64,000 nt of DNA, from assembly GCA_964016885.1 (NCBI GenBank), contig OZ024740.1, forward strand, positions 107,446,001 to 107,510,000, read 5' to 3'. This DNA comes from Eledone cirrhosa (lineage: Eukaryota). Positions within the stretch are counted from its first letter, which is position 1; every line of letters starts with the position of its first letter. Made by a program: the position numbers and the translations under genes. Positions 37,201 to 51,809 of the stretch are shown here, piece after piece. The notes below the pieces were generated by a model. The model searched no databases, had not been told where the DNA came from, and saw only the letters and a list, made by a program, of their open reading frames with translations.

Positions 37201-40200
37201 ATAATAAACGTTTGTTGATATTTTAATATTGAACCAACAATATTGTCTTTTGTGCAGGATGTTGTGAATAATTTAGGTATGGAATACAAGAATTTCCTTC
37301 ATTTTGCTGTTCATTCTGTTCCACCATTGGCTGATCTGTTACCAGCATACACTGACTGGAAGGTAAGTTTTCAGTTCTGTCTACTACTATCATCATATAA
37401 GACTATTGTTTATTGTTAATATTATCAAAGGGATTCTTCCTGCAAGAGAATATCAATGTTGGGTGACAAATGCGACATTGGCAGTGAATGCAAAGGATAT
37501 GTGAAGGCTAAAGAGAGAAATAATCAAGCATGCTCCATTGGATGTGTATTGTTAGTGTGTATGAACAAAGAAGCACAGATGAGATGAGAGAAATAAACGA
37601 GCATTAGAAGAATCAGATGTTCCATGCAAGAAAGAAGACAGTGCTAGTGTGGACTTGTAATGCATATGGATGATAATTGATGGGTGAATAAATGCCAGAA
37701 GTTCCAAATATTAGAGAAAGCCATGGAAAAGGAAAACCAAGAAAGATGTGGACAGAGGTGCTGAAACTTATATATATCTTTGTGGACAGAAAACAAAGGA
37801 TTGACTAGATAAATTTCAACCAACTTTTGTATTGAGATTACATCAGCGATCGAGTACTCTCTATATCTATAAATGTATAGTGTAGTGCAGTTTAGCTTTG
37901 AAGCAAGACATTTACATATCAGTAATTTATTAAGCTTTACAACTATCTAGCTATTTGCTAACTATCTATAAATATGTGGTGTAGTGCCGTTTAGCTTTGA
38001 AACAAGACAACACACCAGTAATGTATTAACCTTTACAAATATATAACTACTTATTAATTTATTTATTGATGAATAGCTTTTTTTTCATTTATTATTAATA
38101 TTCTATATTATCCCCTTCTCTGATTCTCTTTCTCCCTGCCACTGTCTGTGTATCCCTCTCATTCATTCACTTACATAATCATTTATATATATGAAACCAC
38201 AGGTCTGATGAGCTATCGATTCCAGAATTGGGCATGATCAATACTGATTATACCTTCAGTTGATCTATCGCGAAATGTGCAAATAAATATAATGATGATA
38301 TTTTGATGCCTCGTTCTTTCTCATTATATATGGCAGAATGGCCCGGCATTGCTTGGGATTTGCTCTAGGGTTCTTATATATTTGATATATATTTATCCTT
38401 ATCGAGACTCGTGAAATAAATACGTTTGTTTATATTTTGTTATTGTGTATGCAAAAATATCTGTACACGAATACATAATAGTACAGAGAAGTACGGAATA
38501 CCTCGGCCTCGGGATGGTGTCTACATTTTGTGCTTATAAAAAAAATTTGTCGTACATTACCTGGGTTTTTTTCCTTGTGAAGAAAATCAATACTTTATCG
38601 CGAAATAAATACTTTTGTTTATATTTTGTTATTGTGTATGCACAAATATCTGTACACGAATATCTATATATATATATATATATTAAAATAACAGATTAAA
38701 GTTTCAGCAAAGAATCGCTGCTTTCATCCTTAACGGGATCTTCTGAAACTAAAATAAAAAAATCAATCTGTGAACGCAGATGTAAATATTTCGAAAAACG
38801 TTGCAACCGAAGGAAAACAGGAAGACGATACTTTGGTTCGTGAAGATGTTCCCTGGCATAAGAATATATACATATATACACACACACTGATCGTGTCATA
38901 ATGACGTAATGCAGACAGACAGGCATACAAACAGATATTATAAAGGCGCAACGTAATATCTATGTATCTATCTAAAAAGAGAAAGACTAAGAGAGTGAGA
39001 AAGATTGCCTAATACAGTCCCTAGGGCATTGAAAATTTTAATTTTTTTGCTCAGAACACTCAATAGGACCATAAGTATTACATGTGTAAAGTTTGAAAAC
39101 AATCGGTTGGGTGGTTCTCGAGTTTTAGTAATTGTACAGATAGACAAACAGACATTCTCTGTTTTAGTAATATAGATATCAAGGGTGGTGGAATGGCAGT
39201 ATCGGTAGAGGGTCTGACGCCATGCTTTGCAGCAAAGAGTTACGGCCCTTTATGATCTGAGTTCAAATCCCACCATGGTTAACTTTGTCTTTCATCCTTA
39301 TGGGGTTGATAAAATAAAGTACCAGTAATACACTGATTTAATTGCTGGCCTTGTGCCCAAAGTAGAAACAATTATATATATATATATATCATAGCTGAAA
39401 AGCTATACCAGTAACTCAAAGGCCAAAAGTTTCATGCTTGATGCTGCTATAATAAATTATACATTGCTCAATCCATGTATTGAGTTTAGTTTCTCTTGTT
39501 TGCACAGACAAGCCTCTTTCTCTCTTATATATCTATATGTATGTGTTTATTTATTTATTTATTTTGCATTTAGAAAAAGAAAGAAATTGAATTTGAAAAG
39601 GTTCGTTCTGACACAGATTCTTGTCGAAAGAAACTTAGTAACACTCTGTCTTTGATTGAAGCGGTGAGTTTCCAAATCCTGACATTTTTGTTTATTTTAT
39701 TTTTTTCTGTCTTTGGGAAATGACCATGATATTTTTCAGGGAGACCCAGAGATTGGTGGAAGGAAGAGAGGGAGGAAGTTGTCTTCTGACTGGAGACTTG
39801 GCCTGAACACTTACACAGTAGTAGACCAGAACTAATAGCACCTGGAGATCGGTGTCAATAACACCTGTAGACCAGATGTTAATAGCATCTGTAGACCAGG
39901 TATCAATAGTACATGTAGACCAGATGTAAATAGTAGCTGTAGACCAGGTGTTGATGTTAAACTGGGCAACAGATTAACACTTTCCTTATCATATTTTAAT
40001 GAAAAAGGCTGCCTATGATTTAAAAACAATTTGGAAAATCAACAAAAATGTGATTTAGTAATATAACTTTCTTTTTATTGTGCAGGTATTTGGACAATAA
40101 GTTAGCTTCTTACATGAGATTATGATGGACGGTTTTTAGATAAATATAAACATTTTAAAATTAACTACCCAGTGTCATAGAACAAAGAACAGTTTCAAGC

Positions 40201-43200
40201 GATTTAGTATCAACTGGTTTGAACTGGGTGGCAGATTAGGTCTGTCACCATAAACTGGGATGACCATCCCTCCAACTGGCTTCCACACAGTGCTATCATA
40301 TTTCATTCACAGGCATTGATGTACCCATCTATGGTAGAAGACACTTTACCAAGGTGCTTCACAATGCGAGTAAACCCTAAGTTACGTAATTGTGAACCAA
40401 ACTTCTACAAGTATCCATCACTGCTGCAGTTCTCTTATTTTACTGAAATAGACATTTTTTAAATCTCTGTTTAACTGTTTGCAAAATATGATATAAAGGT
40501 CATTTCAATCCTGCCAAGTATGTTAATATTTCTAGTGTTGGTGCCATGATAAAATACAAGTTGTAGTGCTGGTGCTACAATAAAATATACTTGGTATACT
40601 CAGTAAAGTTGTAGTGCTGGTGCCACAATAAAAAAAATGTGGAGCACTTAGTAGCATGATAAAATACACTGTTTACTCTGTAAAGTGGTAATGTTGCCAA
40701 TAACATTCATCATTAGAAACCATGCCAAAATATGGAATATAGGAGCAAAATTTGGTTATCTGACCCGTTTTGTCTCTGACTGTAATGTCCTGTCCAACCC
40801 ATGCCAGCATGAAAAACAAACCTAAAATGATGATAATTTCTCCCTTATCTTTTGTTTGATTGTCTTTCTTACTGTTCCTTATTTCTAGCATCTGAAACTG
40901 AACAGTGCTCCAAACATAATTGAAGAGGTTCCTAATATTGGTTTATGGCTGCGACAATTTACTCAAGTCTTACAACATGAAGTTGCTATCACGGATTTGG
41001 TATGTAATATCTATATTCTCTCTCTCTCTCTTTTTTTCTCCCCGCTGAACCTATAATTTCCGTTTTTACTTTGCTTTTCAATCCAGTTTAGAATAGGCAC
41101 ACTCTATCCTTGCATGTAAGAGGCACCAAAAAGGGTTGATTCCTGGAAGGAGAAAGAGTACCCAGCTATATATCATTACCTCAAAAATGATCCCATTAAT
41201 GTGTATGAAACCTGTTATGGAGCCTGCAATGCTACCCCTGCTTTAGCAGAGAAAATGCCCTTAAAATACTTCTATTCTTTGTTTTTGTTTTGTTTTTTAA
41301 TTTATGAATATAATCAATTTCTTTATGAAAGAATTAAATTAAGATTTGACAGATTTCTTATTTAACTCTTTTGATACCAACCAAGCCTTGTTCTTTGATA
41401 TAAAACTGTTTATTTTAAAGTGTTTATATTTGTCAAAAAAACCTATCATAATTTTCTAAAAGAACATTTGTTAATTTATGCTCCACACACCATCTTAATA
41501 ATGAGGAAACTTATTTTACTAAATCCATGTAAATTCTTGATTATTTTCAAAATGATTTGATAATAACAGGGAGTATCTTTCATTAGAAATATGGTAACAA
41601 AAGAGTTAAGAATACTACCGCAACTCTGAATAAGAACTGATTTTAATAATGCAGTTTCTTTACATTTTCTGTGACAATAGTAATAATTTTTTATTTCCAT
41701 GTTTTCTTTCCCTGTGTGTGTCTTCTCCTCTAGGAACATAGTCGAAATGCTACTTTTATCACATCCATTCTACATGCTGTTAAACGTGAGTTGGATGAAG
41801 AACAAAAGACATTTTCTGGTCTACATCGTTACATCACAGAGTTCTTGAAGCTTAAAGAAGACTTATCTCCTTGGCTACAACAAAAAGCTTCTCTTACTGA
41901 ACTCCAAGAATCAAAGAAGAAAGTGCGGCTGCTGAAATCTCAGCTTCGACACAGACTTGCTGACCTCCAAGATGTTGAAGAAGTAAGTTTTTTTATAGAG
42001 ATCTTGCTGTTTTTACTAAAAGTAAATCATAAACTCCATTAGAGTCAAGACTGTCTTAGAATTTGATGTTCATCATCCTCCTCATTTTAACATCTATCCT
42101 ATGAAAGAAAAGTCTAGATTATGTCCCCCTTTAAAAAGTCTACATCTTCTCAATTAAAGCATAAATATCATATACCCCATTAAAAAGTCTATATGATATA
42201 CACTGTTAAAAAGTCTTGATCATATCTGCCAAGTTTAGATCATAAATCCCATTAAAAAGTATAGATGGCACACTCCATTAAAAATAATGTTTATTTTTTA
42301 TTTTTTTTATTTTTTTTAACAAATGTATTTGAATTTAGTTTTTCTTTAATTTTTACTATTAATTTTCTAAATGTTGAAAACTAAACATGACTTCTTGGTA
42401 TTTCCATGTGAAAGTTTAAACAATGTTTTTCAAGAATTACTGTTAAATATATGATGAAAGAGAAAGTAACTTCCAACTGTTATAATGAACATGGAAACTG
42501 CCAAGATTTCCCCTGCAAAATTTAAAAATTTCTCTTCTTTTACTACCAGAATGAAGGTTATAATGAACATCATCACGAACTAAAAACTAAACTTGACGAA
42601 GTCAGAGCAAATTTACATGAATGTATGGTTGAAGAAGATCGACACATGGTAGGTTTTTTTAAAAAACCCCTTTGATGCCAAAATGTCTATGATACATAGC
42701 TGTTGCTACACACACACACATCCTAGATCACAATTAAATAATGCTTTCACGTTTGGGGCAATGCTGCACACACATCCAGGATAACTCTGTGTGTGTGGGT
42801 ATATAACAGCAGCATTGTCCCAGATGTGCGAGAAGTATTCAATTGTGGATCTAGTATGTGTAACAGCAGTATTACTGTACTAGATATGGCACCAGTACTC
42901 CATTGCTTGTCTTATACAAACATTGTGAAGCATCATTCTTGACTGATTAAAATAGAAATAGTTTCCCAAATCCAATCAATGATATTTCCATTGTTTTTAT
43001 AGCAACAGATAGCTGATCTTGCTGAACGACATTTCCCAGAGTTATTACTACAGAACACAGATCTTGGTATAACCAGCTACTTGGTAAATATTGATGATAA
43101 TTTATTTCCAATGTTTCATATTTTTGTGTCGACTCATATAATACCTCCTTCAAAATAGTGGCATTGCTAGAGTTTGTGCTACCCAGGGCAGTCATTCAGT

Positions 43201-46200
43201 TTGTGACCCCACTTCTCACAAAAAATATGATGTGATTCACATTAAACATCCTTGGTCCTTTTGTTACCACAAATGCCTGAAACTGTCCTTGCTTCTATGA
43301 TACAAAACCACCTGTTTTTAAGTGTTAATACATTAAAACCTTCCACCATAATTTTATGTAAGAACCTTTTGTTATGTTCCAAACATTGGCTTAATAATGT
43401 CAAAATGTTATATATTTTATTAAATACCTCAAAATATTCAAAAGTAATTGAAATACATGGGCAGTGAATTTCCTTAGAAATATGGTAGCAAAAAGGTTAA
43501 ACAAAAAGTGCCGGTACAGATTGTCATCAACAAAACGTACGCACCTGGTATGGTGCCATTGCAGTATAGACCACTTGGTCAGTTGAAGTCAAATGTTGAA
43601 AATTTAAATTTGTGGAGAATCCAACTAAAAATTTGGTCAACTGATTTTACTAGATGAACAAACTTTGATTATCTTCAAATGGTTTTCTCTGCTTTCTGAA
43701 AGAAGATACTTGCTATACATTTTATACCTTTTGATACCAACCCACCCAAGACTGTTCTTGGTTTTAGGATACAAACCATCTTCCTTAATATATTTATATT
43801 TGAATTTATCGTAAGATTTTTTATTTACCAAATACACTCGAATATAAGCCAACCCCACTATTTTATGTTTGAGAAATGGGCAAAAATCAAAACCATATTT
43901 ACATAGCATTTGAAGTTGGTGAAAATCATCAAAATATAAGCTGACCCTCTTCTACCATCAACTTTTTCACATATCACTTGGCTTATATTCGAGTATATAC
44001 GGTATGTTCTAAACACCAACTTAATATGAATGTTAATTATTTTACACAAGCCCTCAAATTCTTCATTAAAATAAAATTGAAATTCATTTCTACAGAATTA
44101 TAATGGAATGGTGAAAGCTGGAAGAGAACCAGATCATTATTGTTTAGAAAAGCAGATTGCTTCAGGAGTCTACCAGACATGGTTCAATTCTGAAGAAGTT
44201 GTAATACAAGTAAGAACTCACCCATTGCTACATTTTTAAAATCTTTTATTCGAAAACTGATTTTAGTCGTTGGACTGGTTGGATTGTGGTCAACATGAGG
44301 CATCGCCTTCAAAAGATTTTGTTGATTATATTGACCTCAGTTTTTTGTGCTAGTTCTGTTGCTGTAAATTATGCCATTTCTTTGGCATTAAAATGGTTAA
44401 TACTAGGAGAGATTATAAAACATTAACTTTCATCATCATCACCGTTTTACGTCCGTTCTTCCATGCTAGCATGGGTTAGACGGGTTGTCCTGTTGTGGGC
44501 TGACCATGCCTTGCTCATACAGGAACTGATTTTGGCTTGATTTTTACAGCTGGATGCCCTTCCTAACACCAACCTCATTTACAGTGAGTGCTGGGTGCTT
44601 TTTTTCCGTGGCGCCTACACGTCCACTTTACAGTGTGGGCTGGGTGCTTTTTTGCCGTGGCACCTCCACGACTACTTTGCAGTGGGAGGGTGTGGGGGCA
44701 TATTGTCTATATGCTTCAGCTTGTACCCATGGGAGGTCGGGTACTCTGTATTACTGCGTGATGCCAGAGGTCACGGTCGTGTGTCATCGCCTTTGAGAGG
44801 TGCAACTAGGTAAGGTCGGCCCCTATCACCTCATCCCAGGTCTTCTTGGGTCTCCCCACTCCCCGGCTTCCATTGACTTCTAGTGCTCTGCACCTTTTTA
44901 TGCAGCTGTCATCCTTCATACGCATCACATGTCCCTTTATTTATATATACATTTAAGTTTGGTGGTTCACCACTGGATACAACTGGTCTTTCCGTATAGC
45001 CAACCATGATGTAATAATAGGAAAAGCACTCAACGTTATGCAACTCGTCCATCTTTGATGTTGAATCTTGTTGGTAGCGCAAGAACGGAGTTAATTATTA
45101 TTGAGTAAAATGACAGGAGGCCGGAATGGTGAAATTACTTCAAAGATTTATTTCACTGGCCTGTTTACGTTAAGATCCTGGTGACATCATCAGGTGTATA
45201 TTGCATAATAGTTATATAATAAAGGAATAGTGGTAAACATAATCCAAGAGGCTATAAGGAGAGAAAGTAGAGAAAAATTTTTTGACTCGAAGGTGATCAA
45301 GAGGGCCAGTTGTCAGTTTGGCTGTATATATATATATATATACACACATGCGGCGACCCTCTCTCTCTATGATGGCTACCCCTCCTCTCTATCTTTCTCT
45401 CTATGATGGCTACCCTCTCTCTATCTATCTCTCTATGATGGCTACCCTCTCTCTATCTATCTCTAAGCCACCCATTACCTCCCGTTCCCTCTTCGCCCAT
45501 TCCACCTCACTCATCTTGAAGCTATTGAAAACTGAAAGGCTAAAATGAATCACTAGAGTTGATTTGGCTTCGTTCCAGTCATCCATCTTGACGGCGACCC
45601 TCTCTCCCTACCTCACAATTAATATTATTGATGTATTCTATCGGCTACTTTGCCATGCGGCGACCCTCTCTCTCTATGATGGCTACCCCCCTCTGTATCT
45701 TTCTCTCTATGATGGCTACCCTCTCTCTATCTATCTCTAAGCTACCCATTACCTCCCGTTCCCTCTTTGCCCATTCCACCTCACTCATCTTGAAGCTATT
45801 GAAGACTGAAAGGCTAAAATGAATCACTAGAGTTGATTTGGCTTCGTTCCAGTCATCCATCTTGACGGCGACCCTCTCTCCCTACCTCACAATTTCCCTT
45901 CCCCCACCCCCACACACCACCATAGCCTATTCGACCAATCAAACCTCAGCATGCCATTTCTTCTGCTACTACTACCTAACTAACTCTCTCCCCCCCTGTC
46001 CCAGCCCAACACACCCTGCTATTATCCCACCACCACTGTTCTTCTAGCCCTCAATTTTCCTACCGTTATGGATGAATGAGCTGAGAATAAATTTGAGCAA
46101 CTCTGAATTAATAGATGAAATATGAATCTGCGAGCTACCAAGCACCCATGTGAAGCGCCAATCCAGAGACCCTTCCCTACGAGTGTCGACAAATGCCCAA

Positions 46201-49200
46201 AACTCAGAGTTGGTACCATCAATGTAGGCTCAATGAAAGGAAGAGCAGGAGAAATCGTAGACATGCTAGAGCGAAAGGAAATTGATGTATGCTGTGTGCA
46301 AGAGACTAGATGGAGAGGAGAGTCTGCTAGAGTCCTTGTAGGAAAAAGTTGGTGCTCCAAATTTTTCTGGGTGGGAAATGACGATGGGATGGGTGGTGTA
46401 GGTATACTACTAGCTGACAAGTGGGTAGATAAAGTAATCTCAGTGTACAGGGTAAATGCAAGAATCATTAAACTCAGACTAGTCCTGAATAAAACAATTA
46501 CCACAATAATATCAGCTTACGCACTCCAATCGGGGCTGCCAGACGAACTTAAGGATAGGTTTTACGAGTCCCTAATGCACACTACTGCTCTAACAGACGA
46601 CAATGACTTCCTAATCATCGCAGGAGATTTTAACGGACACATAGGTAAACACTGCGACGGCTTCAATAGAGTACATGGAGGCCATGGGGTTGGCACAAGA
46701 AATGAGGAAGGATTCAGACTTCTAGAATTCTGCGACGCCAATGACATGTCGATATGTAACACAAACTTATGCTAGCATAGCAGCATAACCATTAATTGTT
46801 ACAAGGGTAAAGGTGATGCTCTTGGAAGTAGTGTAAGTATTGTGTAATATAAAATCTAAAACCAAAAATATGGAATACCAAATTTAACCCTTTAGCATTT
46901 ACATTACTCTATATTTACTATTGTATTTTCACAGTAAAGGCTTTACTTCACATAATATCTATGAGATTTTTTATATTATTTATTTTGAGAACAATACCTT
47001 AATATCAGTACGAGTGGCCAGTTATGGCTTATTTTGAACAGAAGTAGGTGAAAAAATTCTGGCCAGATAAGGCCAGTTTAAATGCTAAAGGGTTAAGAGA
47101 TCCAACTTGTGTTAGTAAACAGTTCTGCTGAATAATTCTTGTTCACTCCTACTTTTTTTACCTTTTCAGGAACATCTAATTAGTGACAATGCTCCTGTAA
47201 GTCGAGAGGAATTTCTGCAGAATGCTAAAACTTATTACGGCATTCAGTCACCTCACCTTGTCCCACTACAAGCAGTGTTCTTTTCAAAGGTAAGTTGTTT
47301 AATCTCAGGTATTTGACCAATTTTGCCTTCTCCAAATCTTCCATCTTCCAACATCAGCCTTCATGCCAAACTCTGAAATTCATTGTCACTGCCAAATTGA
47401 CTCCCCTAACAACTCTGACTATAAACGACCTTCCATTAGTTTCTTCATGCTCTCTACTGTCTATGAAGTAAACTTATCCATGATGTGTTCATACCTGAGC
47501 CCCTCCTGCGATGGTGTAAGCTGTGAATTGACAGTTAAAAACATAGATTGGCATGATTGTTAGATCTTCAGCTAATATCTTGTCCTCACATATATGGTGT
47601 TCACCATTGGAATTGTGACTGGCTGATAATATCTGCGCTGGACATCTGTGATTACCATGCAAGGGAAGCCACTGTTTGCAAAGTTGTGGATGCACTGGTT
47701 GGAGTGAGCTTAACCCAACATAAGTACAAGTAAATGCTAGGCCATTCCTAATTCAGCAGACCTATTAAAATTGTTCCAGCTGCAATGACCATCCTGTCTT
47801 TCATTCATAGAAAGTGTAGCTAGGATTACATTGTCTAATGTGTTCTCTTTTTTTAATTCTTTTGTAACCATATTTCTAACAAGAATATAGTGCTTTAGTG
47901 TTTTAGTTATTAATATAATCAAGAATTATGAGAGATTTAGTCAAAATAACTAACTTTCAATTTAATAATTGTTTCTACGTTTGGCACAAGGCCAGCAATT
48001 ATCCAGTGCATTACTGGTACTTTATTTTATCAACCCCGTAAGGATGAAAGGCAAAGTTAACGTCGGCGGGATTTGAACTCAGAATGGCAAGGGTCGTAAC
48101 TCTATACGTCAAAGTATGGCGTCCGACCCTCTACCGATACTGCCAATCCACCAAACTTTCAATTTAATAATGATCTCAGATTTAGATACAAGGCCAACAA
48201 TTGTTATTGTCCCAAACAACTTAACCCTTTTGATTTCAACCTGCCTAAAACTGCCTCTGTTTCTAAGAAACAAAACCATCCATATAAAAAGTTCCTAGTT
48301 CACGACAAAAAAAAACACAGTCCACGCTGTAATGTGGCCGTGTAGGTAACACGGTAAAAACCTCCCAGTCCACACTGTAAACGTGGTTGGTGTTAGGAAG
48401 GGCATCCAGCCGTAGAAAACCCGCCAGATAGTCCTATGCGACCAAGACAACCACTCTTGCCTCAAGTGGGAAAACTCCCGTCCAAACCCATGCAAGCATG
48501 GAAGATGGACGTTAAACGATGATGATGATGATGATGATTTTATATAAGAACATTTAGTCATGTTACAAATATCATCTTAATGAAATTATAATATTAGTAA
48601 ATCCTTCCCAAATTCATGAATTAATTTTAAATACTGGTAATTATCTCATACTGAAAGAGTTTTGTTACTGTATTTGATAATAGCAGTTTAATTTTTTCCC
48701 ATGTTTTATGAGTTTCTGAAACCTTGCTAAAAGTTAACCCTTTAGCATTTAAACCAGCTGTATCCGGCCAGAATTCTCTCACCTCTTTCTGTTCAAACTG
48801 GCTGTAACCAGCTACTCATATTGATGTTAAGGTATTGTTCTCAAAATAAATAATATCAAAACCTCATAGATTTGATATGTGAGACAAATTATGTGAGGTA
48901 AAGCCTTTACTGTGCAAATATAATAGTAAATATAGAGTAATGTAAATGCTGAAGGGTTAAAAGAAGCCTAATATCAGTTTAGACTTATATAATTTAAGAA
49001 ATAATCTTGGATTTATAATGAATCTCATAAAATAAACTTAGCTAAAGCATTTGTAGCAAGATTAATACGACTTATCATATATAATCATGTATTAATCACA
49101 TCTCCATTTTACATACAGCATTTACAATACACTATATATTTAAGGTTTTGTAGATAAGTTGCATGCTGTTTTCTCATGTTTTATTTATGCATGTCTATAT

Positions 49201-51778
49201 ACAGTATTTTGAATTGATGTTTTGTAGGTCTAATAGATAAGTTACATGTTGGTTTTTCACTTCATATTTTTATGAAAAAGGGTATAACTTATACATGTGT
49301 ATATACAGTACATGAATTTACTCCTTTTAAATAGATATTAAAAAAAAAAAAAATACTAAAAAGTATGTTTTTATTTTATTTACTTATTTTTTCTTTTACT
49401 TTTAGAATCAAAGACAGATATTTGTGCAGTTGCCATTAATAGGCCAACCTTTCGCAGATTACATTGGAGAGAGCTTTTCGGAAAAAGTATTATTATCGTT
49501 GTGTTACATTCTTATATTCAAAACCATTTTGATTTCCACTAATATAATTCATTTTTATATTTTTGGTTTTTTGGTTTATTGGCTTTAAAGAATTTTGGTA
49601 AATTTTTAGACATAAAAAAATTTATATTCTTTATGTAACTTGTAAAAATGGTTCCATCTTGTCTAGGGTAGTAACTCAAGCAGGCTTTCTAAAAAACTTA
49701 TTAATTTTATGATCCTTCTTCCTTTGGTTGAACTGTGTATCTAGCTGGAGTAGGTACACCATATCCCAGCATGTTATAAGCAGCTAAAAAGGTTAGCACA
49801 ATTAAGAGCATCTGGTTGTAAAATATTGCTTTAAAAAAGCACCCCACCCCCTTATGTCATGGAGCCTACATGGCTAACTCTTACTTTAATAGTGGGGAAA
49901 ATGGTCATAAAATATTTGATCTTCTTTTGGTTATTAGATTAGGTTAGTAGATTAGTTTGCTATTTCATCATCATCATTTAACATCCACTTTCCCTGCTAG
50001 CAAGGGTTAGACAGGTCTACATAGACTAAATTAGTACTGAAGCGGGGCTACTGACATCCCAGAGAGGCTGAGGAGGTCTGTATCCTACTTACATATGGTC
50101 ATTATTGAATGCAAAGAAGTTGTGTCTTTTGACACCAACTGAAGGATCCTCCTAACCCCTTTGGCAAGCGTTGTACAGCTGGATGCCTTTCCTAACACCG
50201 ACCACTTTACAGCATGTACTGGATGCATTTATTGTGTAGCTCACCAACATTAAGGAAGGGTGTCATGTCCTTGACATAACTAAAGGATCCTCCCAACCCT
50301 TTGTTTCGTAAGCTTTCTATGGCTAGAAGCCCTTCTTATCAGATGGAAACCAGATGGAAACAGATGGAAACCAAGATGGCGACAAGGAAGGTCGCTTGAC
50401 CACGTCTTGACCAAACAAAATATAATATTTTCACCAAAAACTGCCCTTTAAACACATGTCAGATGGATTACAATATTCATTATTACAATTACTCTGACTG
50501 TTCCCTGACAACTAGTACCAGCTTCAACATAGAATTATTTTAACAAAGTATATTTAATTTGACTTGATTTTTGCCAACAAACCACGTGTGGACATGAACG
50601 GGGAAAAAGGGAAAAAAACAAACAAATCACTACATCCCTTAGGGATCGCAGTAAGTACTTCACAAAACATATAAACAACAATATACACACAGATTTATAT
50701 ACAGATATATACCATATGCATATACACACACGTGAAAAGAAACCACACTATTTCGTGTGAGACACTATACCAGCCAATCTTACGTACATTGGTAAAATAT
50801 CTCTCAACATTGACTTCGCTTCTAACCCACATACACCTTTTAATTATATATATATACTAGCAGCTGAAAGTTAATAATTTGAAAAATATTATTGAAAGTT
50901 TATTATAAAGAAGCAGTATCAGAAAAAAAACGTTATTTCGCTGTTAATAAACTGTTGCCTTCTACAGTACGTTTCATTTAACTTACGCAGCATATTTATT
51001 TGTTTACATGCACAGACTCTTCTGTACACACACAACATTTAGGAAAACGGAAACAAAATACACAAAAAAACAAAACAAAAAACATCAAGTGTGTAATCGA
51101 GTGCGCTAAACCTATATTGTTTACATTCTGTGTTTTTCTACGGATGGGTAGAAATAACAAAATTGCCATGGTGATATCCATCAATGAAGTATGCGACAAA
51201 ACTGATCGATGTTCCAAAATAGAACATTGCCCAGAAAACCACATCTGCCATATCTGTGCAGAACCCGAAAACTCGTTCCGTAATCTCTGGGTCGAATGTG
51301 GAACCTGTCACATCTCTGTCTGCCTTCAATGCACCACAGGCTCCCGGAGGATCCCAGGCCCAAAAAAGAGACATCATAAAGCTATGATGGATGGAATCTG
51401 GGAGATGGTCCAGCTAAAATCCTGGTCCTTTCAGACCTGGCCTGTGTGCCTGCCTCCACTAATGTTATTGAAAAACAACAACAACAACAAAAACCAATGA
51501 CTGTGTCTTCCTCTACCATTGTTACTGAACAATGGCAAAAACCTATGACACTGGCTTCTACTGCTATTCCTGTGGGAGAACATCAGAAACAACAACAACC
51601 CATGTCTTCCGCTCCCAGTACATCTCGACACCAACAACCTGCGACTGTGTCTTCCCCTACCATTCCCGTGGAGGAACATCATCATCACCACCAACAACAA
51701 CAACAACAACAACAGCAGCAACAACCTGCGACTGTGTCTTCCCCTACCATTCCCGTGGAGGAACATCATCACCACCAA

Positions 51779-51809
<31 letters not shown>

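Noticed and set aside
38698-38752. Active hammerhead on the minus strand
   Set aside because: Core reads CAGAAGA and the cleavage position is G; at most a relic
39740-39960. Alternative exon including the 24-bp repeat
   Set aside because: In-frame stop follows the candidate acceptor; no similarity to the host protein
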